This document shows, piece by piece, positions 37,131-46,170 of a stretch of 64,000 nt of DNA; the stretch's first letter is position 1; the number at the start of each line of letters is the position of its first letter. The notes beneath the pieces were generated by a model, which was not told where the DNA came from, did not search any database, and was given only the letters and a program-made list of their open reading frames with translations. The stretch is taken from sequence record NC_061443.1. The stretch is one strand, 5' to 3'. The position numbers were made by a program, and so were the translations under genes.

Positions 37131-37636
37131 GCTACACGATGATCGTTCAGCACAACATCAAGCTGAAAACCGATACGCCTAAGAAAGTGATCAATAAGAT
37201 TCGTGCTTGGCATCGTGAACCGTGGGCGTTCGACTATCTTAATCGTCATTTCAAAATCGACGTGTATCGTGCTCTAGGCCCAGGCTGCGGCCGCTGCTTC
37301 AATCTTCGTGCGAAGCAGATCTTCAACGTCGGTAGCGGTGTTGTGCCTCATATCCGCACTACTGCGTTGTTCAGTCGCGGTAAAGATGGCGTTGAAGCGC
37401 TTCAACAATTCTTCGACTGTCTGGCCGAGTACATCGCTAACACCGACGAGGTGATTGCAGTCATTCGCGGTGAAGACGGCCTGTTTGACCAAAACGAAGG
37501 CATGACCAATATGTTTGAGGACGTGCCTAAAGCCTATGGCTATTATGCAGTGCGCATCGTTAACGATCACGCCAAAATCGAATGGACGGTTGACGATATC
37601 TATGAACAACTACCTTGGGTAACCTATGCTTACTAA
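37127..37636 (+). CDS. hypothetical protein
   Basis: ATGA overlap. Confidence 0.6.
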   Translation: MSYTMIVQHNIKLKTDTPKKVINKIRAWHREPWAFDYLNRHFKIDVYRALGPGCGRCFNLRAKQIFNVGSGVVPHIRTTALFSRGKDGVEALQQFFDCLAEYIANTDEVIAVIRGEDGLFDQNEGMTNMFEDVPKAYGYYAVRIVNDHAKIEWTVDDIYEQLPWVTYAY

Positions 37637-38300
37637 CATTGCTCGACTTGTCGCTTCACAAGCACACGCTGGTCAGGTACGCAAGTACACTAACGAGCCG
37701 TATGTCAATCACCCTGAACGTGTATCTGCCTGGCTTTCCCAGTTTCACGTAGGCGAAGTGATTGAGGCTGCTGCCCTCTGCCATGATGTGCTGGAAGACT
37801 GCGACGTTAGTTACTCTGCGCTCGAAATGACTGTCGGTACTCAGGTTGCAGATCTGGTGCAGGAAGTCACTAACGGCGTTTATCCTGAAGGTACGCCTCG
37901 CATCGAGAAGTATTGGGGAAACATCCTCAAGTTACTGCAAGCCAGTCATCAGGCGCAAACTCTCAAGTGCGGTGATATCTACGACAACTGCAAAGACGTG
38001 TACGATCTGGACCCGTCTTATGCCGCGCGTTACATCGCAGAGAAGTTCTTCCTCGTGCGTTCGTTCACACGCGCTCAAGGTGACGTGCGCGATGCAACGC
38101 TGAATCTGCTGTCTGAGATCTATAACGGCATGTCTGATGGCCATAAGATTTACTGTCTGGAGTACATTCAGCAGATTGGTCGCGAATGCCCAGACGATAT
38201 GGTCGTTCGATTCCATAACATCATGGTTGAAGCCAACACCTACAATGGCTGCACCCTTCGTATCGGGGATAACTATGGAACTGCGCCTGCCTCCGTTTAA
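37626..38300 (+). CDS. HD-domain hydrolase, RelA/SpoT hydrolase (Mesh1)-like
   Basis: AHAGQVRKYTNEPYVNHP, AALCHDVLED, VQEVT, LKCGDIYDN. Confidence 0.85.
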   Translation: MLTNIARLVASQAHAGQVRKYTNEPYVNHPERVSAWLSQFHVGEVIEAAALCHDVLEDCDVSYSALEMTVGTQVADLVQEVTNGVYPEGTPRIEKYWGNILKLLQASHQAQTLKCGDIYDNCKDVYDLDPSYAARYIAEKFFLVRSFTRAQGDVRDATLNLLSEIYNGMSDGHKIYCLEYIQQIGRECPDDMVVRFHNIMVEANTYNGCTLRIGDNYGTAPASV

Positions 38301-38649
38301 AACTCGGTCTGTGCTGGTTGAGCACATGGACGTCAAGCAAAAGCAAGCTGTAGCTATTCTGTCAGTCAGTGAGACTAGCTGGTGGGGATATAAGAAACGC
38401 CATCTGCGTGTAGCTATGCAGTGCCGTAAGACTACACGCAAAGAACCAGAGTGGTCTGCATTAGTTCGCTGGGATGATGGCTACATGGTCACGCCAATCT
38501 GCAAGGACAGTGACGTCCTGACAGTAGCAACCAATACACTACGCGATATGCGCAACATGAACATGACACATTATGATCAGTTGCTTGCGCACCGCCTATC
38601 CATTCATATGAGAAAGCATCATGGCAAAACTCTCGCTGCATCTGTTTGA
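38275..38649 (+). CDS. hypothetical protein
   Basis: probable start MELRLPP. Confidence 0.5.
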   Translation: MELRLPPFKTRSVLVEHMDVKQKQAVAILSVSETSWWGYKKRHLRVAMQCRKTTRKEPEWSALVRWDDGYMVTPICKDSDVLTVATNTLRDMRNMNMTHYDQLLAHRLSIHMRKHHGKTLAASV

Positions 38650-39004
38650 AAACGTGGTGAACGAACAGGAGTTCGCTGAACGTCGCTTCCACAAAAGCAT
38701 TATGTTTATGCACGGCGTATCGTCCAATAGTCCTTATGCCAAAGACAGTCTGCCTGTGACGTTCGCCGTGTACGAAGTCGGTGATACCCGCACGTATGCT
38801 GCAACTGTTGGACAGAAGTTGTCTGAACAGCTACAGGAAGCGATGAACCTTGAGCCTGTGCGTGTTTGGGAGTTGGTTCGTCGCGGTAATAACGTGTACT
38901 TCGTTGGCGAAAGCTCCGAAGCGATTGTCGCTGATAACGTGGTACCGTTAGAGATTCGTGTGGAGGGAGGGCAAGATGCTGAACGCTGCTGGTCCCGCGC
39001 TTGA
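38621..39004 (+). CDS. hypothetical protein
   Basis: in-strand overlap-coupled ORF. Confidence 0.55.
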   Translation: MAKLSLHLFENVVNEQEFAERRFHKSIMFMHGVSSNSPYAKDSLPVTFAVYEVGDTRTYAATVGQKLSEQLQEAMNLEPVRVWELVRRGNNVYFVGESSEAIVADNVVPLEIRVEGGQDAERCWSRA

Positions 39005-39626
39005 GTTAACAACGAAAGACGTTGAAGCGTACTGGCGTGGTCGTGCGTACATTGAAGCCGCTCGTTTGGCTCATGATGCGCACGATGACAAGACAGCCAA
39101 CACCATGACGTATCAGGCGATTGAGCCTTATCTCGAACAAGGCCGTGCTGCTATTGCTGATGAACGAGCGGCACATACAGGTGATGACTTACCTGACGCC
39201 GTGTTTGAAGAAGGGCAGACGCTCGAAGCGCGTTTCGTTGTACTGCTGGCTTTGATGTTGGACAGTGATCGACAGGAAGTTGGCGGGAAGACGATTCTTT
39301 CCATGGCGCATCTGTCTGCGGCGGCGCGTGATAAGAAGATCGTGTTAGTGCTTAATGGCCACAACACCGATCTCGCTCGCTCTTTGGCCATTGAGTCTGG
39401 CTATGAGGTACGTGACTCAGGCCTGATCGCGGCTATTAGCGAAAAGATGGCCAGATGTTCACAGAGCACAGGTTTCTTTGAACTTGATACGCCTCGTATC
39501 GCCAAAGAGCCTGATGTTAATCTCAAGGCCGTTAGACAGAAGCATAACCGTGTCGGTCGTCACTCAGGCAACCAGCGTTTCAATGCGAAGCCTGCTAGGC
39601 AGAACTTCAAAGGACGCGGCCGATGA
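38976..39626 (+). CDS. hypothetical protein with basic C-terminus
   Basis: GGAGG RBS. Confidence 0.6.
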   Translation: MLNAAGPALELTTKDVEAYWRGRAYIEAARLAHDAHDDKTANTMTYQAIEPYLEQGRAAIADERAAHTGDDLPDAVFEEGQTLEARFVVLLALMLDSDRQEVGGKTILSMAHLSAAARDKKIVLVLNGHNTDLARSLAIESGYEVRDSGLIAAISEKMARCSQSTGFFELDTPRIAKEPDVNLKAVRQKHNRVGRHSGNQRFNAKPARQNFKGRGR

Positions 39627-39964
39627 AAGACTACAGCCTGTATCACGTCGCAGAAGAAGTGGCAGGTAAGCCGATGCGAATCCATAAGTTCCGTGCACCG
39701 AGCAATAGTGGTAATAGCTCCCAGCAGTCTGCATATCTGGCCGTTCGCAATTTCGATAGCAGACAGTTCCGTGACCCGTGCACACCATTCCACGTCTATC
39801 AAATCAATGAGTGGGAAACCCAGTTGAAAGTTGAAGACCGCTGGGAGCGTCGTGGTGTAGCGCGTTTGCATACTGCTCTGCCTGTTGTCGAACACGCTTC
39901 TGTCTGGGACTTCTTCCGCGCAATCAATTGGGATGCCGAGAAGGAACAGTTCAATGCTCCATGA
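39623..39964 (+). CDS. hypothetical protein (paralogue of next gene)
   Basis: C-terminal LPVVEHASVWDFFRAINWD. Confidence 0.6.
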   Translation: MKDYSLYHVAEEVAGKPMRIHKFRAPSNSGNSSQQSAYLAVRNFDSRQFRDPCTPFHVYQINEWETQLKVEDRWERRGVARLHTALPVVEHASVWDFFRAINWDAEKEQFNAP

Positions 39965-40295
39965 AATGTATGCGATTGAGTACGCGAACAATATTCCCAC
40001 GCGTATTCACATATTCAAGCCAGAAGCAGACCCGCAGCAATCCGATTACCGTGCGTTAGTCAGCATGGGCGCTTTCGATAAGCGTATGGGTTTGATCTGT
40101 GCGCGTAACATTACAGCTAAACGTTTCTGGCTGAAACGCAAGTTCGAATGGGAACAACTGGTGGAGAGCGATCGACGTATGATGCGTCTGCGTCATTCTC
40201 CTATTTGGATTAATCTTCCAAAGCAGATACACGAAGATCTCTGGTCGTTCTATCGTGCAGTCGGCTGGAACTACAAGAGCAAGCGATTCATTTGA
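39954..40295 (+). CDS. hypothetical protein (paralogue of previous gene)
   Basis: C-terminal LPKQIHEDLWSFYRAVGWN. Confidence 0.6.
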   Translation: MLHEMYAIEYANNIPTRIHIFKPEADPQQSDYRALVSMGAFDKRMGLICARNITAKRFWLKRKFEWEQLVESDRRMMRLRHSPIWINLPKQIHEDLWSFYRAVGWNYKSKRFI

Positions 40296-40448
40296 CAACC
40301 AAACCATCTCTGCCGTGTGAAGTTCAGAGCTTACTCACGGTATCAACGCGCAGCGGGAAATATCTCGAAGTGCTGAATAATAACATCATACCAGCTGGGC
40401 AAAGTATCAGTCATGTTGTCGATGCCGCCCTTGCTCAGGAGACTGAAC

Positions 40449-40796
40449 ATGGATCTGAAAGACTGGCTGATAACAACGGAGACAGTCATCCATAAGATGG
40501 TTGTTGCTACGAAAGACGGGACTGCTGTTGGTCTTGTTGAGACTGTCTACTATAGTCCAAAGCGTATGGGCGGTAAGCGTCTTCACAGCACCTCGTTGTC
40601 CTGCATCTGCCACGATATCTACCGTCGCCATTTGACGTGGACGGACGTTAACGGCATGGCTGACCTGATGCCCAAAGACAATCGTGCGAAGTCACTATGT
40701 CGTCGGCTGCGCACTGAACTAAATCAACTCGTAGCTGAGGGTAAAATCAATGGCGAGTCCATTATCAGAAATGCAGATCGGCAGCCCACTGCCTGA
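40449..40796 (+). CDS. hypothetical protein
   Basis: CAGGAG RBS before MDLKDW. Confidence 0.55.
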   Translation: MDLKDWLITTETVIHKMVVATKDGTAVGLVETVYYSPKRMGGKRLHSTSLSCICHDIYRRHLTWTDVNGMADLMPKDNRAKSLCRRLRTELNQLVAEGKINGESIIRNADRQPTA

Positions 40797-41469
40797 TCAC
40801 AAAGACCTTATCGCCAAACAATTGCGTGACGGTACGATTGAATTCCTGTCCGGTACAGAAGAACTGGATGCGTTAAGCAGCATCACGTTGCGCTCTGTGT
40901 CTGAACTGGGTCTGGATGTGTTGAACGGTACTTGGTGTTACTCGCCTGAGTACATGTACGAAACACGTATGCCTGTCAGCTATACGTTTGGTCACATGAT
41001 ACCTGTAGAAGTAGGCGGGTACTCTGACTTGCTGCACACTATGATGCAGAAGGCTGCGCAGGAGTTCTACTACGGCCCTATGGGTCTTATTCGCAAGTTC
41101 CTGATTCAACATGAAGCAAGCACGGGCAAGACTGACCTCAAACTACCTCGATCGTGGTCTGTTGTTATTAACGACGATCTAAAGATGCGTGACTTCCTCG
41201 GCGTCATTGAAGGTTATGTGCAGGGTGAAGTGCGTCAGAGCGTTGCGACTGCGGTATATGAGCAATACCACTCAGATATCGAAAACCCAACGCGCCATGT
41301 ACGTCTGGTCTGCAAAGACGATGCCGTGCTGTTACTGCCTATCGACTCCAAAACAGATATCAGTAGCGCGTTTGATATGACGACCATCCTTCGCTTCATT
41401 TCGAACCCTAAAGGTCACGGTCTGAATCAGGAGATTTTCAAAGCGTATCGAGCGCGTGTAAATCTGTAA
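40750..41469 (+). CDS. hypothetical protein
   Basis: GAGG RBS, 239 aa. Confidence 0.6.
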   Translation: MASPLSEMQIGSPLPDHKDLIAKQLRDGTIEFLSGTEELDALSSITLRSVSELGLDVLNGTWCYSPEYMYETRMPVSYTFGHMIPVEVGGYSDLLHTMMQKAAQEFYYGPMGLIRKFLIQHEASTGKTDLKLPRSWSVVINDDLKMRDFLGVIEGYVQGEVRQSVATAVYEQYHSDIENPTRHVRLVCKDDAVLLLPIDSKTDISSAFDMTTILRFISNPKGHGLNQEIFKAYRARVNL

Positions 41470-41527
41470 ATACTGATTGCTAAAGTTATCTGTCTAATCT
41501 AACTATCAACTATGTAAGGAAAGAATC

Positions 41528-42226
41528 ATGCCTGCTGTTAATGAAGCTCGCGCTCGTTCCGGTGCTATAGACAATAGCGCCAAGTCTGCTAAGAGTGCAA
41601 ACAAAGCTGGTCCGATTAAAGGTGGCGAACGTCCTATGGCGGCTGCCGGTACTGCGCCTGCATACCATCAAGTTCAACCAAACGTTCAGCCTGGTAGTGT
41701 TGCTGCCTCTCTGTCCTGTCGTGCATCAAACGTCAGTGTTGCTACTGCTGATCTGGCCAATGTTCTGGCCCGTCTGGGCATGTACGATGTTGAGCCCCGC
41801 ATCGATCAAGCTACCTGTTCTACTGAAAACGTGCTGGCCGTGCTGGACAATCACGTTGATCTCGAAGTGCGTTCTCTCGAAACCTTCCTGACTGCTGTTA
41901 TCTACGGCGGCGCAGACAAAGAAGTGTGCGACGAGTGCGACCAGGAAGAAGTGAAGGGAGGCATTGCTGAAACCAACTACGGCAGCAAGTTCTTCTATCA
42001 CGCGGATATCGTCCAAAGCCGTCTGCGTGATATTGACCGCAAGCTGGAGCGTATTCGTATTTCTCTGCTGGGCGAGCGCCCTACTGCCGAAGCGAAAACT
42101 GCAAGCAACGACAGCACCTCAAGCCTGCACCAGTGCGTGTCTGCCCTGGTCTCCCGTATTGATACTACGGTTGAGCGTGTGTCCGAACTGACTACCGATA
42201 TTCGTAACGGTCTGCTGGGCGAGTAA
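41528..42226 (+). CDS. helical hypothetical protein, strongly biased codons
   Basis: AAGGA RBS; CTGTAAATA upstream; CTG/GCT/CGT-rich. Confidence 0.7.
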   Translation: MPAVNEARARSGAIDNSAKSAKSANKAGPIKGGERPMAAAGTAPAYHQVQPNVQPGSVAASLSCRASNVSVATADLANVLARLGMYDVEPRIDQATCSTENVLAVLDNHVDLEVRSLETFLTAVIYGGADKEVCDECDQEEVKGGIAETNYGSKFFYHADIVQSRLRDIDRKLERIRISLLGERPTAEAKTASNDSTSSLHQCVSALVSRIDTTVERVSELTTDIRNGLLGE

Positions 42227-42231
42227 TCGTC

Positions 42232-43200
42232 GTGCCTCGTCTTACACCTTCTTTTGGAGAGATAATCGTGATCGATTTTGAAAACACTGTTATTCGTTTC
42301 GACGAAGAACGCCGTCCGTACTACACCGCGCGTGGCGCTAAAGGTAAGTTCGAACGTGTCTACCTGAACGATGCAGAACAGCAAGCACACAAAGAGCACG
42401 AAGCTGCCAAACGTGATCGTCTGAACAGCGCTGCGGTAGCGCCTGCTCGCGGCTTCCATCAAAGCACATCTGATGGTGACTTTGGTCAGAGTGGTCCTGG
42501 CCCGTGCCCTGAAGGGACTATTGCCGAGGAAGAGCCTGATGAAGTTGATATGCCTACGCCGCTTGAGCTGATGGAAGTTCCGCAGTCTCCTGCACGTACT
42601 TTGGCTTCCCGTTCTGTTACTCTGATCAACTCTATGTCTGACCTGTCCGGCGCACTGTACGCGTTCGGCGTCATCGACAACAACCACGTCGGCAATCTGA
42701 CGCACTTCATCCACCAGCAGGTGAAAAACGGTGAGTGCGACGAAGATGCAGATAACGGTCTGGTGTCAGCGTATGCTTTCACTAATCGCATCGCTGCAAA
42801 TCTGTACCACACGTATAACGACGAGCGCTCCTACAGCCCTATGTTCGTTGTCGCAGAGCATGTAACGCCGGTTGTTACGCTGCTGCAATATCTGATGGGT
42901 ATTGCGTTCCCTAACGGTGACATGGCTCAACGCGCACAGCAACAGGGTCTGATGTATCGTAAGAACGATGACCTGCGTTCTCTGATCGAAGACCTGCAAA
43001 CAGTGTACAACAACATTCAGGCTGATCTCGGCTACGCTGGTGAAACGTTTGTCGGTGAAGTCCCTGCTGAAATCGGCGGTGATCTGGTTCTGGTAGAAGG
43101 CCTGTCTAAAATCGGTCTGGTACGCGCTGCTGACGAAATGGTGCAGTACCTGATCAATCGCACAGACACTCTGGTCAGTATGCTGAATGCAGAAATGTAA
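42232..43200 (+). CDS. helical hypothetical protein, strongly biased codons
   Basis: last gene of + block; start uncertain. Confidence 0.7.
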   Translation: MPRLTPSFGEIIVIDFENTVIRFDEERRPYYTARGAKGKFERVYLNDAEQQAHKEHEAAKRDRLNSAAVAPARGFHQSTSDGDFGQSGPGPCPEGTIAEEEPDEVDMPTPLELMEVPQSPARTLASRSVTLINSMSDLSGALYAFGVIDNNHVGNLTHFIHQQVKNGECDEDADNGLVSAYAFTNRIAANLYHTYNDERSYSPMFVVAEHVTPVVTLLQYLMGIAFPNGDMAQRAQQQGLMYRKNDDLRSLIEDLQTVYNNIQADLGYAGETFVGEVPAEIGGDLVLVEGLSKIGLVRAADEMVQYLINRTDTLVSMLNAEM

Positions 43201-43215
43201 TTCGCTGTAGAAATG

Positions 43216-43253
43216 AAAAAGGGCGGCCCTCAATCAAGAGAGTCGCCCTTTTT
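43216..43253. terminator. bidirectional terminator at convergence of + and - blocks
   Basis: AAAAA-GGGCGGC..GTCGCCC-TTTTT. Confidence 0.85.
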
Positions 43254-43256
43254 GCG

Positions 43257-43721
43257 TTATAGCGCTAAACCTATACCGATAGCTGCTGCGATACGTGTTA
43301 TCCACAGCTGGAGGTCAGCCGCTTTCTGATCTTCAATGCGAGCCTTACGCTCGGCCACTAAGTCCTCAGACAAACCGTTAGCCCTCACTTCTTCTGCTTG
43401 GGCCAAACGCAGTAGCTTATTGCGTTCATCAATCGTCAGATTAAGAACATCAATCAACTTGTTGCGCTCTTCGGTGCGGTCTTCTCCTGCCTTGTATAGA
43501 TTGATCAAATCAACCATACCCTTCTTATCAAGCACTGCCACCTTCTGTTCGTCAATTACTTTGATCTTGACAGTAGGCTTCGCAGGAACCTTTTCCGGTG
43601 TCCACTCAACACGATTTATCTGCTGAATGTCCTGCATGGTCGTTTTGTGTTGTTCGCTAATGCCTGACAGTGAACTGCACCCAGAAACGAGGAACAACAG
43701 GAGTAACGTGATTATTCTCAT
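43257..43721 (-). CDS. lipoprotein, putative spanin component
   Basis: lipobox LVSG-C followed by SS; coiled-coil; hydrophobic C-terminus. Confidence 0.6.
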   Translation of the reverse strand: MRIITLLLLFLVSGCSSLSGISEQHKTTMQDIQQINRVEWTPEKVPAKPTVKIKVIDEQKVAVLDKKGMVDLINLYKAGEDRTEERNKLIDVLNLTIDERNKLLRLAQAEEVRANGLSEDLVAERKARIEDQKAADLQLWITRIAAAIGIGLAL

Positions 43722-44020
43722 AGCTTATTGTACCTGTCTACCAGCTCTTCCATGCTGTCATCTTCGGACGGTGGCTTAACAGTCTCAGGCTTCCGCTCGT
43801 TCAGGTCTTTCACCGCCTCGTTAACAGTCTTGCTGTCATCAACTTGGTTCTGGATTGCCTGTTCGCGCGTATTCTCAGCGGCTTTCTGCTCACCTGTCGT
43901 AGTCTCAGCCCTAGCGCTAGGGCGACGGAACAACAACGTCGTAACGATAAGCACCGCAACAGATGCGAAAACCTTCCAGTATTTCATAAACACATCAATA
44001 GCCTTAGACATAATCAGCAC
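43718..44020 (-). CDS. putative inner-membrane spanin
   Basis: N-terminal TM (WKVFASVAVLIVTTLLF) then coiled-coil, overlapping lipoprotein gene. Confidence 0.5.
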   Translation of the reverse strand: MLIMSKAIDVFMKYWKVFASVAVLIVTTLLFRRPSARAETTTGEQKAAENTREQAIQNQVDDSKTVNEAVKDLNERKPETVKPPSEDDSMEELVDRYNKL

Positions 44021-44025
44021 TCCCG

Positions 44026-44328
44026 CTATTCTTCTTTTTTGACTGCCTTTGTAGTCTGCGTGTTAATCAGGTTCTCAACGGTGAATGCAAGACTAAAGTA
44101 GGTCAGATGGTCAGTCTGTCCTGCTGTCAGCATACCGATGAACATGCCTGTAGACACGAACACTGCGGCGACGGATGAGATTGGATTTGACGTCCAATAC
44201 TCTTTCCAGTTCAGGCCTTCTCGCTTAGTCTTGACCACATAGTTCATCAAGACCCCGCCAACGTATGAGAGCAAGAAGGCTACAATCTGAATTGGCGGTA
44301 GGTTCGGTACAACATCACCCATTTTCAA
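44026..44328 (-). CDS. putative holin
   Basis: 100 aa, 2-3 hydrophobic segments, charged C-terminus KAVKKEE. Confidence 0.5.
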   Translation of the reverse strand: MKMGDVVPNLPPIQIVAFLLSYVGGVLMNYVVKTKREGLNWKEYWTSNPISSVAAVFVSTGMFIGMLTAGQTDHLTYFSLAFTVENLINTQTTKAVKKEE

Positions 44329-44342
44329 TACTCCGTATCGAC

Positions 44343-44370
44343 AAAAGAAAGGGAGAGCCGAAGCCCTCCC
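44343..44370 (-). terminator. Rho-independent terminator
   Basis: minus strand GGGAGGGC-TTCG-GCTCTCCC-TTTCTTTT. Confidence 0.85.
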
Positions 44371-44376
44371 TATGGT

Positions 44377-44616
44377 TTAAAGCTGATCGGAGGTAATCTG
44401 ACCATCTTTATACAGTTCGCGCTTACGCTCTTTCCATGTTGAGGTAAGCTCGGAGAAGAACTCTTTCATGCGCTCGTCATCAAGCTCGAAAGGTTGATTC
44501 ACTTCGTACTTACCACACAGGGCGTTGAACGTATTCGCGTATTCCTGCTGTAGGAATGATTTGTCTGCACTGACACTGAGATACTGCTGCGCCGACATAG
44601 CTACTGATACTTGCAT
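44377..44616 (-). CDS. small hypothetical protein with own promoter-like element and terminator
   Basis: AGAGG RBS, TAATTT upstream. Confidence 0.7.
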   Translation of the reverse strand: MQVSVAMSAQQYLSVSADKSFLQQEYANTFNALCGKYEVNQPFELDDERMKEFFSELTSTWKERKRELYKDGQITSDQL

Positions 44617-44632
44617 GATACCATCCTCTTTA

Positions 44633-44666
44633 TTTGACTCGCTTAAATTATCAAGCGAATTTCAAA
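44633..44666 (-). promoter_or_regulatory. hairpin with TAATTT in loop
   Basis: minus strand TTTGAaaTTCGCTT-gaTAATTT-AAGCGAGTCAAA. Confidence 0.55.
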
Positions 44667-45250
44667 ACGAGGTCGTTAATGATAACAGCTTTTGACTGGT
44701 CTGTAGGCGTGGTGCTATTCGCATACACTTTGCCTCCCACCAGCTTCAAGTCTGCATTCGAGTTTTCGTTACCCACAGAGCACACAGTAACGAAGGCCGC
44801 AGGAACATCAGTTACGCCTGTCTGAACGTTGATCGAAGCAGTAGCACCGCCGATGACGATACACCAAGTAGGAGTAGCGTCTTTCGTGAAGTAGCTGGCA
44901 CGATAGTCGGAGAACGTAGCATTCAGACGCATGTTAAACGCAGAGGCTAACATGACGGGCACGTTGTTTGCAGCAAGGGTCATGGCGGCTTTGTTGCCTG
45001 TAACGCCACCAACATAATCCGCAGCCCGTGCTGTAGTCAGAAGCCCCGGACGTTGGTAGATTGCATTAGCTGTCGGGATTTGCGTACCGTCCCCAATCAA
45101 TGTCTGCAACTCTGCTTTAGTTGGCATCGTACCGGTATAGAACAGGATAGCATTCGCAACCGCAGTCATGTTTGTAGGAACAGATGAAGATACCAGAGAG
45201 CTATACGCGTTACGCTGCATCGCATTCGCTGTAGCTGGGAGCATTTTCAT
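44651..45250 (-). CDS. putative virion protein, short paralogue
   Basis: ILFYTGTMPT...CSVGNENSNADLKLVGG. Confidence 0.6.
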   Translation of the reverse strand: MKMLPATANAMQRNAYSSLVSSSVPTNMTAVANAILFYTGTMPTKAELQTLIGDGTQIPTANAIYQRPGLLTTARAADYVGGVTGNKAAMTLAANNVPVMLASAFNMRLNATFSDYRASYFTKDATPTWCIVIGGATASINVQTGVTDVPAAFVTVCSVGNENSNADLKLVGGKVYANSTTPTDQSKAVIINDLVLKFA

Positions 45251-46161
45251 TACACGCCCTCCAAGAAGTTATCAGCGATGCGAATCGTCAGGTCAGGAAC
45301 AGCCATTTGGCCATACTGCCCAATCGAAGGCGTACTCACTGTCAAGTCGGTACCGATATCAAGCACAATCCCATAATAGTCCTCTTGCACCTGAGACAGG
45401 TACGCTTGAGTACTGGAGGGATTAGCGAGAGTCAACGGCACCAGAACGATGTGAGTCAATGCCGCAACAACGAACTCACTACCACGCTCAACATACGGAG
45501 TGAAGTACATATCGCTGTTGGTAGCTGTACCATTCGTAATCAAGCGCAGTTTACGCGCAACGATATCGAAGCCGTCGTTCATGCCTGCAACAACTACAAT
45601 ACGAGTCCAGACGAGAGTAGTCGGGTCTTGGTATTCGAAGCGCACGTTGCCTGCGTTGATACCAGCGATAGACGGAACGAAGAACGAACGGAAACGCAGG
45701 GTGCGACCGTAGTCATACTCCACGTAATCATCGCCACTCCATCCACTGCCAATTTCGTTCGCTATCTCAGACGCAGCGCCCACCATAGCCATAATCTGCT
45801 GAGGACTTTTGCTTATACCTGCTGTCAGGTTGAAGCGGCTGTACTCTGGGTAAACAGCATACGTCTGAATATTACGTTTGTTTACCGCGTCGTAGCATGT
45901 GCGGCCTTGGCCATACCCGCCGATGGGCATCATGCTACGCCCACGAGAGAACACACGGCAGTAGGTATTGTTTGGGTCTTGCGTCTGTTGCTGATACTTG
46001 TACTCGACAACACAACGGCTTGTCGCTACCAAATCAAGGAATGACTTGGGCACGTTGTTGCTATTGCCGTTACGGAAGAAAGCCATGAACCCGTGAGTGT
46101 TCGCGGTTGTCCCTGCCGTCTGCAATAGCTGATACAACGCTGATTTTTCAGAGACTAACAT
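45250..46161 (-). CDS. putative virion protein, long paralogue with discoidin-like insert
   Basis: VEYDYG...VWTRI...VARKLRLI. Confidence 0.55.
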   Translation of the reverse strand: MLVSEKSALYQLLQTAGTTANTHGFMAFFRNGNSNNVPKSFLDLVATSRCVVEYKYQQQTQDPNNTYCRVFSRGRSMMPIGGYGQGRTCYDAVNKRNIQTYAVYPEYSRFNLTAGISKSPQQIMAMVGAASEIANEIGSGWSGDDYVEYDYGRTLRFRSFFVPSIAGINAGNVRFEYQDPTTLVWTRIVVVAGMNDGFDIVARKLRLITNGTATNSDMYFTPYVERGSEFVVAALTHIVLVPLTLANPSSTQAYLSQVQEDYYGIVLDIGTDLTVSTPSIGQYGQMAVPDLTIRIADNFLEGV

Positions 46162-46170
46162 AGTGCCCCC

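Noticed and set aside
40292-40495. 67-aa ORF with TTG start
   Set aside because: No clear RBS and overlaps the better supported 40449 gene; cannot be supported.
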